Positions 46,967-57,264 of a stretch of DNA of 64,000 bases are shown piece after piece. The DNA is from Gammaproteobacteria bacterium (GTDB taxonomy: Bacteria > Pseudomonadota > Gammaproteobacteria > Eutrophobiales > Eutrophobiaceae). The notes beneath the pieces were generated by a model. The model did not search any database, was not told the DNA's origin, and saw nothing but the letters and a program-made list of their open reading frames with translations. Numbering within the stretch: the stretch's first letter is position 1; each line of letters begins with the position of its first letter. The stretch lies in contig OZ244905.1 of NCBI GenBank assembly GCA_965221695.1, positions 2,464,001-2,528,000 of the forward strand, in the 5' to 3' direction. The position numbers and the translations under genes were made by a program.

Positions 46967-49111
46967 CTATGCCAGGTCTCTGGGTATGCTGTCTTTCCAC
47001 TCCTGCGAAAAAATGACACTGTCTTTTTCATGCGCCACCAAATCGGTTGTCACATGGAAATGTGTCTGATCCGATGTCAATTCAAAATTTGATCGTGTCT
47101 TGATATCCCAGTCGCCCCTCTTGAGCTCAATGGAGAAATACCCGCTCCAGGCAGAACTGTTGGGGTCGGATTGTTCAATAGTCGACATCCACTCGGATCG
47201 TAATCTCATTTCCGTGCCTATCGCATTAATCAGCAAACCTCCCGAATCGCTGAGGGTACGGACCTGATACCGCCCGTTCTCATCGGGGCCGACTAATTCC
47301 TCTTTATGATCGCCAGCGGCGGTTGGCGTAATGACACTTCGATCATACGGGGCCGGATCGGTAAATTCCAGGTTCTCCAGGTCTTCGGACGCAGCCGGCC
47401 GCTCCGGCAAAACCAGCTTACTCACGCCGGTATGGACCGTGAGTTCCACGGCCTCCGGTGAAGGCCATACCTGGGGCCAGTAACTTTCCGATATCGAAAC
47501 CCTGATCCGATGCCCCTTCTTGAAACGATAGGCGATGACATTCAGCGGTACGTCGACCTGGTAAACATCGCCCGGCAACAACGCTTCGGGTTCCGCATGT
47601 CCATTTCTGTGGGTCAGGTTAAGCAAGCCGGCAGTCACATACCAGGATGAGCCGTCGGGCCGGATTTCATTAAGCCGGACGGCGACCTTCGCAACCGGCT
47701 TATCAACGGAAAACGCCAGTTTCACCACCGGATGGCCACAGATTTCGATGTCCTCAGTGAGCGCGTCAGAGTCGAAGGTCAACGATTTGTTGTCATCATC
47801 CGACTGATCCCGGGGTAATTCCGTTTCCATGTCAAACGGAAGAAAGGCTTGATTGCTGACCCCGACGGTTTGATCCGGCGCCAGGGATATCGCTGTTTCG
47901 GCAGCCGGCATTTCAGCCAGGCCCGCCGCGTTCAAAAAGTAAGTTTTGTCTCTGATCCGGTCCGAGGGCCAGGTCCACTCCCCTACCCAGCGTCCCGGGA
48001 CGGGGTCCGGATACACTTGTCCCGGCACCTTTTCCTGCATATAAACCTGCAGCATGGGTTCATCCATGATGCCTGTATCAATGCCTTTGAGCCAGTGGTC
48101 CCACCAGCGCACTTCCTCATGGAAGAAGCCGATTGCGGGGCCGGGCGCGGCTTCATCGGGAACGTTGTGTCCATGGGGCCCCATCAACCCCTTCCTGGGG
48201 ACACTGAGGTTCTCAAGCAAGCGTGGAACAGTATTTGTGTAGACATCGACAAAGCCGCCGACCGCATAAACCGGACACTTGATCCGGCTGTAGTCCTCAT
48301 TGACAGAACCATGCTGCCAGTACCTGTCGCGGCGCTGGTGGCGCATCCAGTTGTGGGTCACCGGTCCCACGGCCTCCAGGCGTTTCAGCCACTCCTTGCG
48401 CCAACCAGCGCCAAACAACTCCGGGTCAGGGGGCAGGGACAGGACATTCATGAACAATTGTCCCCATTCAAAATTCGCCCGGGCCAGGGAACCGCCGATA
48501 TAGTGGGCATCATCAGTATAACGGTCGTCGGTACTGCCATGCGTGACGATTGCCTTGAGTTCCGGTGGATTAAGGGCTGCAATCTGCAAAGAATTGAATC
48601 CACCCCAGGAAATGCCGCGCATCCCGACCGCCCCCGTGCACCATGGCTGTTGCGCCAACCATTTCAATATCTCGAGACCATCCAGTTGTTCCTGTTTCTC
48701 ATACTCATCCTTGATGATGCCATCAGATTCTCCGGTGCCCCTGATATCCACCCTGACACCCGCGTAGCCGCGCGCCGCGGCATAGACATGCGCAGGTTCT
48801 GACTTGTTGCGGTCCAGGTCGCGCTTGCGGTAGGGAAGATATTCCAACACCGCCGGCACCGGGGATGCTTCGGCATTCGTGGGCAACCAGATCCTGGCCG
48901 CCAGCCGTCTGCCGTCCGGCAACGGGATCCAGGTATGCTCAATGTTGCGTATGGCCAGCTCTTCCCTGAGTCTGGCGGCGCGTTTTTTGTCTGACGGTGA
49001 AGATTGGCCGCACGCGCCCAGCACAGTAAGCGAAGCCAGGGCCAGCGCCGATTTTAACAGCGCCCGCCTTGAATGAAGATGTTTGCTTATATCTGAACGG
49101 TAGTCTGCCAT
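46967..49111 (-). CDS. CocE/NonD (peptidase S15) hydrolase with Tat lipoprotein signal
   Basis: SRRALLK..LGAC; LEYLPYRK, RGTGESDG, GISWGG nucleophile. Confidence 0.9.
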   Translation of the reverse strand: MADYRSDISKHLHSRRALLKSALALASLTVLGACGQSSPSDKKRAARLREELAIRNIEHTWIPLPDGRRLAARIWLPTNAEASPVPAVLEYLPYRKRDLDRNKSEPAHVYAAARGYAGVRVDIRGTGESDGIIKDEYEKQEQLDGLEILKWLAQQPWCTGAVGMRGISWGGFNSLQIAALNPPELKAIVTHGSTDDRYTDDAHYIGGSLARANFEWGQLFMNVLSLPPDPELFGAGWRKEWLKRLEAVGPVTHNWMRHQRRDRYWQHGSVNEDYSRIKCPVYAVGGFVDVYTNTVPRLLENLSVPRKGLMGPHGHNVPDEAAPGPAIGFFHEEVRWWDHWLKGIDTGIMDEPMLQVYMQEKVPGQVYPDPVPGRWVGEWTWPSDRIRDKTYFLNAAGLAEMPAAETAISLAPDQTVGVSNQAFLPFDMETELPRDQSDDDNKSLTFDSDALTEDIEICGHPVVKLAFSVDKPVAKVAVRLNEIRPDGSSWYVTAGLLNLTHRNGHAEPEALLPGDVYQVDVPLNVIAYRFKKGHRIRVSISESYWPQVWPSPEAVELTVHTGVSKLVLPERPAASEDLENLEFTDPAPYDRSVITPTAAGDHKEELVGPDENGRYQVRTLSDSGGLLINAIGTEMRLRSEWMSTIEQSDPNSSAWSGYFSIELKRGDWDIKTRSNFELTSDQTHFHVTTDLVAHEKDSVIFSQEWKDSIPRDLA

Positions 49112-49525
49112 GATTCAGAATCCCAGTTCCGGCTCTACTCCGATTTCACCTGGTTGGCCGGTATAAAAAACACCGTGAAGATATAGACCGACTACATTTA
49201 ACATCTTGGGTATCCCCCCAAAGAAGACTGTTTCATAGATAGTATTGTGCGGGGATATACGTAAATTAGGGAAACGGGCGAAATTTTTAATATTAAGGTT
49301 AAAAATCGAAGAATTAACCCGAAAACCAATCAATTGATGCGATGATCGTTGCGGATTTGTACGTCAGTACGCGGGCGCTCGTGACCGAAATAGATAATTG
49401 AACGCTTACCGGTATACAGTTGACCCGGAAATTAAGCTGGAAGAGTAGATGAAACCGGAAGAATGGCTAATCATTTTGCTGGGACTGAACGCTGAAGAGA
49501 TAATTTTCAGAGGAGCTATATCATC

Positions 49526-51808
49526 ATGTTTAATTTGAAAAATGGCATTTCTCACGTCGCATTGGCCGGCGCTTCGCTGGCTTCGATAATTACCTTTTCT
49601 GTATTTCCATTACCGGGTTATGCAGAGATCGAAGAGGTAGTAGTGACCGCAAACAGGCGCGGCGCGGCAACGCTCCAGGACATTCCGTTGTCGGTTTCTG
49701 CCGTGTCTGCGGAAGATATTGTAAGCTCCGGCGTAGGCAGTATTGTTGATTTTGTGAAGAGTGTGCCGTCAGTCAATATCATTCAGCGGGGACCAGGGCA
49801 GACTCAGACTACGATTCGCGGCATTGCCAATGGATACTTTCAGCCCACTGAAACCGCAGACCGACCGCTAACCGCAATTTATCTGGATGATGTGCCTATT
49901 TCCATTCAGGGCGCAACGCCGGATTTAAAAGTTGTTGATTTTGAACGAGTAGAGATTCTGCGCGGTCCTCAGGGGACTCTGTACGGCGCAGGCTCAATGG
50001 CAGGAACCATACGTTACATAACGAAAAAGCCGGATTCCGAACAATTCAGCGGTCAAATTCAGGGTGTCTTGTCTGAAGTTGCGGATTCGGACGACATGGG
50101 TTGGAATGTAAGCGGGTCAGTCAATATTCCAATCACTGACTCAGTCGCGTTCCTGGGATCCGTGTATCAAGGCGAAGATGCCGGATTTATCGACAATGTG
50201 GGAACCGGAAAGGATGACGCGAACACTGTCGAAACTACCCAGGTGCGCGGCGCACTAAGATTTACTGGTATTGAAAGTGTAACGCTGGATGCGAGTATCA
50301 TTTATTCGAACGTAGAGGCTGACGGGAACACCAATGCTTATTTTGGCACAGGTACTGATGACAGGATAATCGAGACGATTACTCCCGAAGGCTATGAAGA
50401 TGATTTTCTGCTGGTAAATATCACGGCGGAGATCGATATTGCCGGGATGACACTGGTGTCATCCACAGGCTATATCGATCGCGAAATGGAGGTTCGTCCT
50501 ACGGGGAACTTTGAAAACCTTATCGGTAACAATTTGCCATTGCGGCAAAACGATTCATTACTTACTAATGAAATTGAAACCTTTACACAGGAAATTCGTT
50601 TGCTGTCTCCCCAGGAAAATCAGTTAACCTGGCAATTGGGCGCATTCTATGAAGATACTGAACGTCTTTATGACCAGGTGAATATCGCTCCAGGATTAGA
50701 CGCGGTAACCGAATTGGCCTCGGTCTTTTTCTTCGGCGCCGACTCGCCTGATACCATATTCTTTGGACAACATGTCATTGATGAACAGCAACTGGCTGTT
50801 TTTGTTGACGCCAATTTCAAGTTTAACGACCAATGGAACCTGTCTGCCGGCACTCGTTATTTTGATTTTGAGCAGGATTTCGAGCTCTCCTTCAGTGGTC
50901 TGGCGGGTTCGTCGTTTCTCCCCAACCCAAACGCACCACCGGTGTTTTTACCCTTAACAAATGCCGGGAATCCCAAGGAAGATGGCTTTACCTACCGGGT
51001 GAATCTTTCTTATGCGCCCAATGACGATCTACTCCTGTTTGCTGAAGTCTCTGAAGGCTTCAGGTATGGAGCAGTGAACGAACCTGTGGCATCGAATTTC
51101 TGTAATGGACTGACTGGCCCCGTCTCATTTGGATCCGATGAACTCACCAACTATGCCCTGGGCGCCAAAAGTCAATTGGCTGACCAGAGAGTTACGCTTA
51201 ATGCAACGGTATTTTTTATTGACTGGACTGATGTGCAGTCACAGTTTGCACTGGATTGCGGCTATTACTACCGCGTTAATGAAGGCACCGTCCACAGCGC
51301 AGGTGTCGAGTTGGAAACTTCGTTCCAGGTAACTGAAAATTGGATGGTAGGACTGAATTCCAGTTATACCAATGCCGAAGCCCAGGATGATGTCTTTTCC
51401 CCGGGCGCATTTGGTCCTCCGGGGGTGGTGGCGCTGGACGGGCAAAAAGCGCCATTGTTTCCTGAGTGGATTGCCTCGTTTCACACGGAATACACGGTAC
51501 CTCTCGCCATTGGTGGAGGTGGAGATTTGACCTTCAGAGGGGATATTCAGTATCGCGATGAATACGGTAATATATTTGCCACGGGTAACAGACTGTATAG
51601 AGTGACCCCGAGTCAAACACTGCTGAACGCTTCCGTGAATTATGTAACGGCGCGCTGGGAAGTTGGCCTGTTTGGCGCCAACTTAACAGATAGCAACAAC
51701 GTAGCGATTATCATTGGCAATCCCGGAGGCGCATTTCCAGGGTATGAAGACAGCCGTTTCCACGGCAGCCCGAGGACTATTGGTATACGAGGGAGGGTAA
51801 ATTTTTAA
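49526..51808 (+). CDS. TonB-dependent receptor
   Basis: IEEVVVTANRR, VEILRGPQGTLYG, C-terminal PRTIG....NF. Confidence 0.95.
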   Translation: MFNLKNGISHVALAGASLASIITFSVFPLPGYAEIEEVVVTANRRGAATLQDIPLSVSAVSAEDIVSSGVGSIVDFVKSVPSVNIIQRGPGQTQTTIRGIANGYFQPTETADRPLTAIYLDDVPISIQGATPDLKVVDFERVEILRGPQGTLYGAGSMAGTIRYITKKPDSEQFSGQIQGVLSEVADSDDMGWNVSGSVNIPITDSVAFLGSVYQGEDAGFIDNVGTGKDDANTVETTQVRGALRFTGIESVTLDASIIYSNVEADGNTNAYFGTGTDDRIIETITPEGYEDDFLLVNITAEIDIAGMTLVSSTGYIDREMEVRPTGNFENLIGNNLPLRQNDSLLTNEIETFTQEIRLLSPQENQLTWQLGAFYEDTERLYDQVNIAPGLDAVTELASVFFFGADSPDTIFFGQHVIDEQQLAVFVDANFKFNDQWNLSAGTRYFDFEQDFELSFSGLAGSSFLPNPNAPPVFLPLTNAGNPKEDGFTYRVNLSYAPNDDLLLFAEVSEGFRYGAVNEPVASNFCNGLTGPVSFGSDELTNYALGAKSQLADQRVTLNATVFFIDWTDVQSQFALDCGYYYRVNEGTVHSAGVELETSFQVTENWMVGLNSSYTNAEAQDDVFSPGAFGPPGVVALDGQKAPLFPEWIASFHTEYTVPLAIGGGGDLTFRGDIQYRDEYGNIFATGNRLYRVTPSQTLLNASVNYVTARWEVGLFGANLTDSNNVAIIIGNPGGAFPGYEDSRFHGSPRTIGIRGRVNF

Positions 51809-51830
51809 GCCCTTACCGGATGCGGCGTGA

Positions 51831-51885
51831 TTAACACCATTATTCACGCCATAATATTGTTAATTTCGGCGTGAATAAGTGTTAA
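51831..51885. terminator. Hairpin between convergent genes (possible bidirectional terminator)
   Basis: TTAACAC..TTATTCACGCC / GGCGTGAATAAGTGTTAA. Confidence 0.45.
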
Positions 51886-51914
51886 AGGTGAAGAGTACAG
51901 TAACAGCCAGTTAT

Positions 51915-52640
51915 TCAGGGCAGGACCTGGAAGCGCCGGCCATCCTCCAGGGTCAGGCTCTGACCATCAAATGTGACCTTCATGCCGCTATGGTTGCTGT
52001 TGGTAGCGGAAGATCGATTCGCAGATGTCCAGTAGGTGGTATTGAGACTGATCGCGCTATTTTCTGATTCATACCTGCCATAACCGGTTTCAATGCCGTC
52101 TTCATCACCGTTGACAAGGACAAGATAGCCGTCTACGAGCGCCAGCGCGCCGAGTTCCAACTTGTACACCTCGCCCTCAGCGGGTCCGGCCCGCACAAAT
52201 TTCTGCACCGTTCCGCTGTGCATGAAGGTCAATGTCAGTTCATCTCCCGCGCGCATAACATCAACCTCGTGCTCCGTAAGACCGCGTGACGTGAGCGGAG
52301 GCGATTCCGACGGGGCCGTGCTGAGGGTCTGCTCAGCCGCAAGACGGATAGAACCGTCGCCTTCCGAATAAGGCCCCGCATGGGCCATCGACCCCTGCTC
52401 CCGGGACGACTCACCGGTGTACTGGGCGTATTGCAAAAATATGCCGTCTCGGAACACGAAGATGCCGTCCAGCGGCAAATCCTCGCCACCCGCGGTAATC
52501 AAACCGGTGTAGAACCAGAGTCCCTCGACCTGCTGTTCGAGAGAACCCGGCTGTTCCACTTCATTTTCGGCAGGCTCACAACCGTAAAGAAGAAACAGGA
52601 AACAGAAGAAAAAAAGTTTGGCTGACTGATGAGTTTTCAT
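51915..52640 (-). CDS. Hypothetical lipoprotein
   Basis: FLFLLYGC lipobox; VEGLW beta-rich domain. Confidence 0.65.
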   Translation of the reverse strand: MKTHQSAKLFFFCFLFLLYGCEPAENEVEQPGSLEQQVEGLWFYTGLITAGGEDLPLDGIFVFRDGIFLQYAQYTGESSREQGSMAHAGPYSEGDGSIRLAAEQTLSTAPSESPPLTSRGLTEHEVDVMRAGDELTLTFMHSGTVQKFVRAGPAEGEVYKLELGALALVDGYLVLVNGDEDGIETGYGRYESENSAISLNTTYWTSANRSSATNSNHSGMKVTFDGQSLTLEDGRRFQVLP

Positions 52641-52765
52641 GACACACCTGCAATGGTTGGGTATCCCTGCCATTTTACTCACAGAAACCAGGAAGGGACA
52701 GTTTTCAGTATGACTTAGCTCTGATTCATCTTTAGGAAACTCTGATTAAGTCCGAGCTACATCTA

Positions 52766-53278
52766 TTAATTCGCGAGCGCCTGATAACGATTTCCTTGAA
52801 CCTCCAGATTTTTCTGAAAGGTAACTTTCGCGATCTCAACATCCTCTTCCTTTGGTTTAATCTTTATCCTGGAGTTCTTGATCAGCCATTTAGCCACTTC
52901 ATAGAAATGCCAAAGCGGAATGCTACCGGAAACAGTGGGCTTGGGGAAATTTAAATTGCCTTTCGTTGCCAGTTTCCGAATATTCTGACGCGAACAACCG
53001 AGTAATCCGGCTATATCGGAGATGCCGACCAGATCGGGTTTTAATTCTAATAATTCCGCATCGGGAATTGCTTTGCGGACGTCACGTACTGCTTGCTGAA
53101 TTGCATCTTCTGCTGATTTTGCGTCACGTGAAAAATTCAAAGCTATGGAACCCGGCACTCCGGTTCCAACTATTGCGTCACAACAACCCGCCTCGAACAG
53201 GGCATCCAGGTAATTCTCCGGATTGGAACTGTTTATCGAGAGTGAAAATGTCAATGTAAAGTCAAAAGTCTTCGTCAT
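52766..53278 (-). CDS. Putative antitoxin/DNA-binding protein
   Basis: LFEAGC.DA.VG..F.R.A, then PDLVG.SDIA...SRQN.RK HTH; paired with a small upstream ORF. Confidence 0.75.
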   Translation of the reverse strand: MTKTFDFTLTFSLSINSSNPENYLDALFEAGCCDAIVGTGVPGSIALNFSRDAKSAEDAIQQAVRDVRKAIPDAELLELKPDLVGISDIAGLLGCSRQNIRKLATKGNLNFPKPTVSGSIPLWHFYEVAKWLIKNSRIKIKPKEEDVEIAKVTFQKNLEVQGNRYQALAN

Positions 53279-53283
53279 CTTGA

Positions 53284-53532
53284 TTATTCCTGATCATCAA
53301 TGTTCGCATAGATACAACCGTCGATCTTTTGTCTCAATCTTCTGGCAAAGTTGCCGGGATTTTTCGGAGTGCTCCAGACCGACATCCGACAAAATTGCCC
53401 ACATAGGCAATCAACGCTGTTCTGCGGGCATATCAAAATACCCCAGGCATGACCGCCGGCTTTTTTTACAGTCCATCCTCTTGATTTCGCATAGCGAATG
53501 ACCGCATCAATCTCCTTATAGGGGTGTTGCAT
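53284..53532 (-). CDS. Putative HicA-like toxin
   Basis: 82 aa, basic; HP.KEI...GW...GGHAWG..SVWSTPKNP. Confidence 0.65.
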   Translation of the reverse strand: MQHPYKEIDAVIRYAKSRGWTVKKAGGHAWGILICPQNSVDCLCGQFCRMSVWSTPKNPGNFARRLRQKIDGCIYANIDDQE

Positions 53533-53566
53533 CTACTTCCTCTAATGATTGTAGTGAGAATAGTAA

Positions 53567-53595
53567 GGAACCTCTGAGTTTAAGTCAGAACTTCC
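53567..53595. repeat. Family B ~30-bp hairpin
   Basis: GGAACCTCTGAGTTTAAGTCAGAACTTCC; related ends at 52735 and 63902. Confidence 0.65.
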
Positions 53596-53696
53596 CTAAT
53601 ATACTACCTTGGTTGCCATATGACAACTAAAAATTCTAAAAATTCTGGGGGCAGGATTATCAACCCCACACACGGTATAAAGATATGCTTTTATGC

Positions 53697-55187
53697 TCAG
53701 CCCGCCTGATAATCACCCGTATATTGACTCAGTTGTTTGTTAAATTTCATCAGTCCATCATTGGCTTCCCGGTCGGCTGCATGCGTCAGCAATTCTGTCT
53801 TGACATCGTCGAGAGATGACCAGTTTCTTGCAACGGTGTATTGTTGCAACTGGTGCAGTACTTTGGTGATGGTGCGAAAGCTGTCCTGTCGCGTCGCCTG
53901 GCGTAAACCACCCAGGTAATTTTCACGGCACACTGTCGGTACAATAATCTTGTGTTGATCAGTCGCTACCAGCTCAGCGTTCATCATTATACGCGCCATG
54001 CGTCCATTGCCGTCGTTGAATGGATGCACTTCAGCAATCAGAAAATGCATGAATAAAGCGCGTTTGATACCGGCCTTCACGTGCCTGTATAAATCAAACC
54101 CCTGCAACAGGGTGCCCTCTACCTGTTCCGGCAGAACAAAGTACGTCGTGCCCGCCTGATTGGGCGCGGTTTTTAATTGACCCGGCTGTTTGTCAGGACG
54201 TTGCGCCATCAAAATACTGTGTCGTGATTTCAGTATGTCAATTAAACTGTCGGCGCCAGAAGGGGTACGGGTCATTTCAGCGTGGTCTCGCGCAATGTCG
54301 ATATGGGACAACAAATCATGGCTGTCTTCATGCCGCTGATACAGCGCCCGGCCGGTGGTGACAATGTCTTCGGCTTGTTCAATGGTAAATTGTGTTCCCT
54401 CGATATAATTGGAGAAATAACTTTCAAAGAAAGCAAGATTGCGCCAACCGGCGTTGTCATAGACATAGGCGAATTCACTTAAATCGAGTTTATTGAGATA
54501 ACGTGATAACTCAGAAAAACGATCAAGCCTTTCCCGGTCAAAGGGCTTGCCCAACGCCTGCGCATAACCGGCGCGTGTCGTTAAGACACCATGAGCCGGA
54601 TAGGTCTTTAATATGGCTGATACCATTTTATTGAGTTCTTGCTGTTGCCTTTCCATACCAAGCAATGGCGCCAATACAGCGGCTTCGTCTCTCAGCCGGT
54701 TTACACCGGTTTCACCACGAACAGCCACTTCATTCAGTAATTGTTCCTCCACCCATTCTCGCCCCAATTTTTTTTTGAAGCCCTTTTCAGTACGTACCGA
54801 TGTGATATTTTCCAGCAGTTGGCGCGGCACATAGCTGCGCCGCATCGCCGGCCCGAAAGGTTCAATGCCATGTTCCACATCGCCGGCTTCAATACTCAGT
54901 TGCAGTGAACCGACAGAGACGCTACGGCGTTTGCCCCGGGCTACCATTAAATAGACGCGGTTGTTGAAGGGGCCGAGTTCAAACGCTGTTCTGTAAACAG
55001 CAACCGGCTCGGCAAAGAGAAAATTGGCAATCGCCACCCACTCCGTGTTGATGACCTTCGCTATCTCAGCAGGATCATGGCTATCCACATAGACACAATT
55101 GCGCACCCGAGTCAGTTCACCGCGGCGATAGCGCGTTTGCAGGACCGTGCGTGTGGTGGTATCGGTGACCAAGAGGAGATTTGCCAT
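53697..55187 (-). CDS. Fic family protein
   Basis: HPFNDGNGRMAR catalytic motif; SNYIEG inhibitory-helix motif. Confidence 0.92.
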   Translation of the reverse strand: MANLLLVTDTTTRTVLQTRYRRGELTRVRNCVYVDSHDPAEIAKVINTEWVAIANFLFAEPVAVYRTAFELGPFNNRVYLMVARGKRRSVSVGSLQLSIEAGDVEHGIEPFGPAMRRSYVPRQLLENITSVRTEKGFKKKLGREWVEEQLLNEVAVRGETGVNRLRDEAAVLAPLLGMERQQQELNKMVSAILKTYPAHGVLTTRAGYAQALGKPFDRERLDRFSELSRYLNKLDLSEFAYVYDNAGWRNLAFFESYFSNYIEGTQFTIEQAEDIVTTGRALYQRHEDSHDLLSHIDIARDHAEMTRTPSGADSLIDILKSRHSILMAQRPDKQPGQLKTAPNQAGTTYFVLPEQVEGTLLQGFDLYRHVKAGIKRALFMHFLIAEVHPFNDGNGRMARIMMNAELVATDQHKIIVPTVCRENYLGGLRQATRQDSFRTITKVLHQLQQYTVARNWSSLDDVKTELLTHAADREANDGLMKFNKQLSQYTGDYQAG

Positions 55188-55364
55188 AATTTGCTAGTGT
55201 TTTTGTGGAATTAAAGAAAAACTGTAGCAGTTTTGTTAACTATTTGTCAAAATATATGGCAGTTTTGCAAATAATGCCCTAGCCGATAGGAGGCGAAGTA
55301 TTATTTCCCTCCCATTTTTATTACAATTCACGCCCTTATGCTTCATTACACAGCCAGGTGAGCT

Positions 55365-57257
55365 ATGCGCGCCAGTGAACAGGAATATGACGTTATTGTC
55401 GTCGGCGGTGGTCATGCCGGGACCGAGGCGGCCCTGGCCGCCGCGCGCATGGGCGCGCATACCCTGTTGTTGACCCACAGCATCGATACCCTGGGGCAGA
55501 TGTCGTGCAATCCGGCCATCGGCGGCATCGGTAAAGGCCACCTGGTGAAAGAGATAGACGCCCTGGGAGGGGTCATGGCCGCCGCTGCGGACCGAAGCGG
55601 GATACAGTTTCGCATCCTTAACGCCCGTAAGGGACCGGCGGTGCGGGCCACCCGGGCACAGATTGATCGCAGCCTGTATAAAGGGGTCATCCGGCCGTTG
55701 CTGGAAGGCGCGGATAACCTGCGATTGTTTCAGCAACCCGTGGATGATCTGGTTATCGAAGGCGACCGTATTACCGGTGTCGTGACACAAGCGGGCCTGT
55801 GTTTTCGCGCCCCCTGCGTGGTGTTGACCGTGGGCACATTCCTGGCCGGCAGGATCCACGTGGGCGAAGCCGGATATCAGGGCGGGCGCGCAGGTGAACC
55901 GCCGGCCAATACCCTGGCACAACGCCTGCGCGACCTGCCGTTCCGCACTGGACGCTTGAAGACCGGAACGCCGCCGCGCATCGACGGTCGCAGCATTTAT
56001 TACAGCCGCCTCACCGAACAACCGGGCGATGATCCCACACCGGTATTCTCGTTCCTGGGCGCGCCTGCACAGCGGCCGCGGCAAGTGTCCTGCCATATAA
56101 CCCATACCAATGAACGCACCCATGACATCATCCGCGCCGGTCTGGATCGCTCGCCGATGTACAACGGGATGATTGAGAGCGTCGGGCCGCGCTACTGCCC
56201 CTCGGTGGAAGACAAGGTCGTGCGCTTCGCCGACCGGACCTCGCACCAGATCTTTGTCGAACCGGAAGGATTGACCACGACGGAAGTCTATCCGAACGGC
56301 ATATCCACCAGCCTCCCTTATGACGTGCAACACGACCTGGTGCGCTCGATCAACGGGTTTGAACAAGCGCGTATTACCCGGCCCGGTTATGCGATAGAGT
56401 ACGATTATTTTGATCCCCGCGACCTGCAACCGTGGCTCGAGACCAAGTCCGTCTCCGGCCTGTTTTTCGCCGGCCAGATCAACGGCACAACCGGCTATGA
56501 AGAGGCCGCCTGCCAGGGACTGGTGGCCGGCATCAATGCGGCTTTGCGGATCCAGCAACGTGACCCGTGGAGCCTGCGCCGCGACCAAGGTTATATCGGC
56601 GTGCTGATCGATGACCTGACCAGCCGCGGCGTCACCGAACCCTACCGCATGTTTACCAGTCGGGCTGAATACCGACTGTTGCTGCGGGAGGACAACGCCG
56701 ACCTGCGCCTGACCGAGGTCGGACGTGAACTCGGCCTGGTGGATGATGAGAGATGGCGCAGTTTCGAGGATAAGCGCGACGCGATTGACGCAGAGCAGCA
56801 ACGCCTGGCTGCGTTTCGGATTGCACCGAATGCCCTGCCTGCGGATGTTGCCGAGGCGGCGCTTGGACAACCGCTGCGTAAGGATGTCAACCTGCTGCAG
56901 CTACTGCGCCGTCCCGACATCGGTTATGCAGACCTGGCGCGCCTGCCCGGTTTTGAGCCTGCCGGGATAACGCCGGAAGTTGCCGAGCAGATAGAGGCAC
57001 AAGCCAAGTACCACGGCTATATCGAACGCCAGCAACAGGATATAGCCCGCAACCGGCGGGATGAGGATGCCCGCTTTCCCGATGATGTGGATTTCCTCTC
57101 GGTGATCGGCCTGTCGGCGGAAGTGGCGCAAAAACTTTCAAAGCAACGGCCACACACCCTGGGCCAGGCTTCCCGCATCCCGGGCGTCACCCCCGCGGCG
57201 GTGTCCCTGTTGCGGGTACATCTGAAGAAGCATTCCCTAATGAAAAACGCCTCGTAA
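55365..57257 (+). CDS. mnmG: tRNA uridine-5-carboxymethylaminomethyl modification enzyme MnmG
   Basis: [57 protein letters not shown]. Confidence 0.98.
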   Translation: MRASEQEYDVIVVGGGHAGTEAALAAARMGAHTLLLTHSIDTLGQMSCNPAIGGIGKGHLVKEIDALGGVMAAAADRSGIQFRILNARKGPAVRATRAQIDRSLYKGVIRPLLEGADNLRLFQQPVDDLVIEGDRITGVVTQAGLCFRAPCVVLTVGTFLAGRIHVGEAGYQGGRAGEPPANTLAQRLRDLPFRTGRLKTGTPPRIDGRSIYYSRLTEQPGDDPTPVFSFLGAPAQRPRQVSCHITHTNERTHDIIRAGLDRSPMYNGMIESVGPRYCPSVEDKVVRFADRTSHQIFVEPEGLTTTEVYPNGISTSLPYDVQHDLVRSINGFEQARITRPGYAIEYDYFDPRDLQPWLETKSVSGLFFAGQINGTTGYEEAACQGLVAGINAALRIQQRDPWSLRRDQGYIGVLIDDLTSRGVTEPYRMFTSRAEYRLLLREDNADLRLTEVGRELGLVDDERWRSFEDKRDAIDAEQQRLAAFRIAPNALPADVAEAALGQPLRKDVNLLQLLRRPDIGYADLARLPGFEPAGITPEVAEQIEAQAKYHGYIERQQQDIARNRRDEDARFPDDVDFLSVIGLSAEVAQKLSKQRPHTLGQASRIPGVTPAAVSLLRVHLKKHSLMKNAS

Positions 57258-57264
57258 GAGTCGC

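Noticed and set aside
55190-55364. oriC upstream of mnmG
   Set aside because: AT-rich but short; no TTATCCACA DnaA boxes or GATC cluster seen.
55236-56870. 544-aa minus-strand ORF
   Set aside because: Antisense shadow of mnmG; no motifs.
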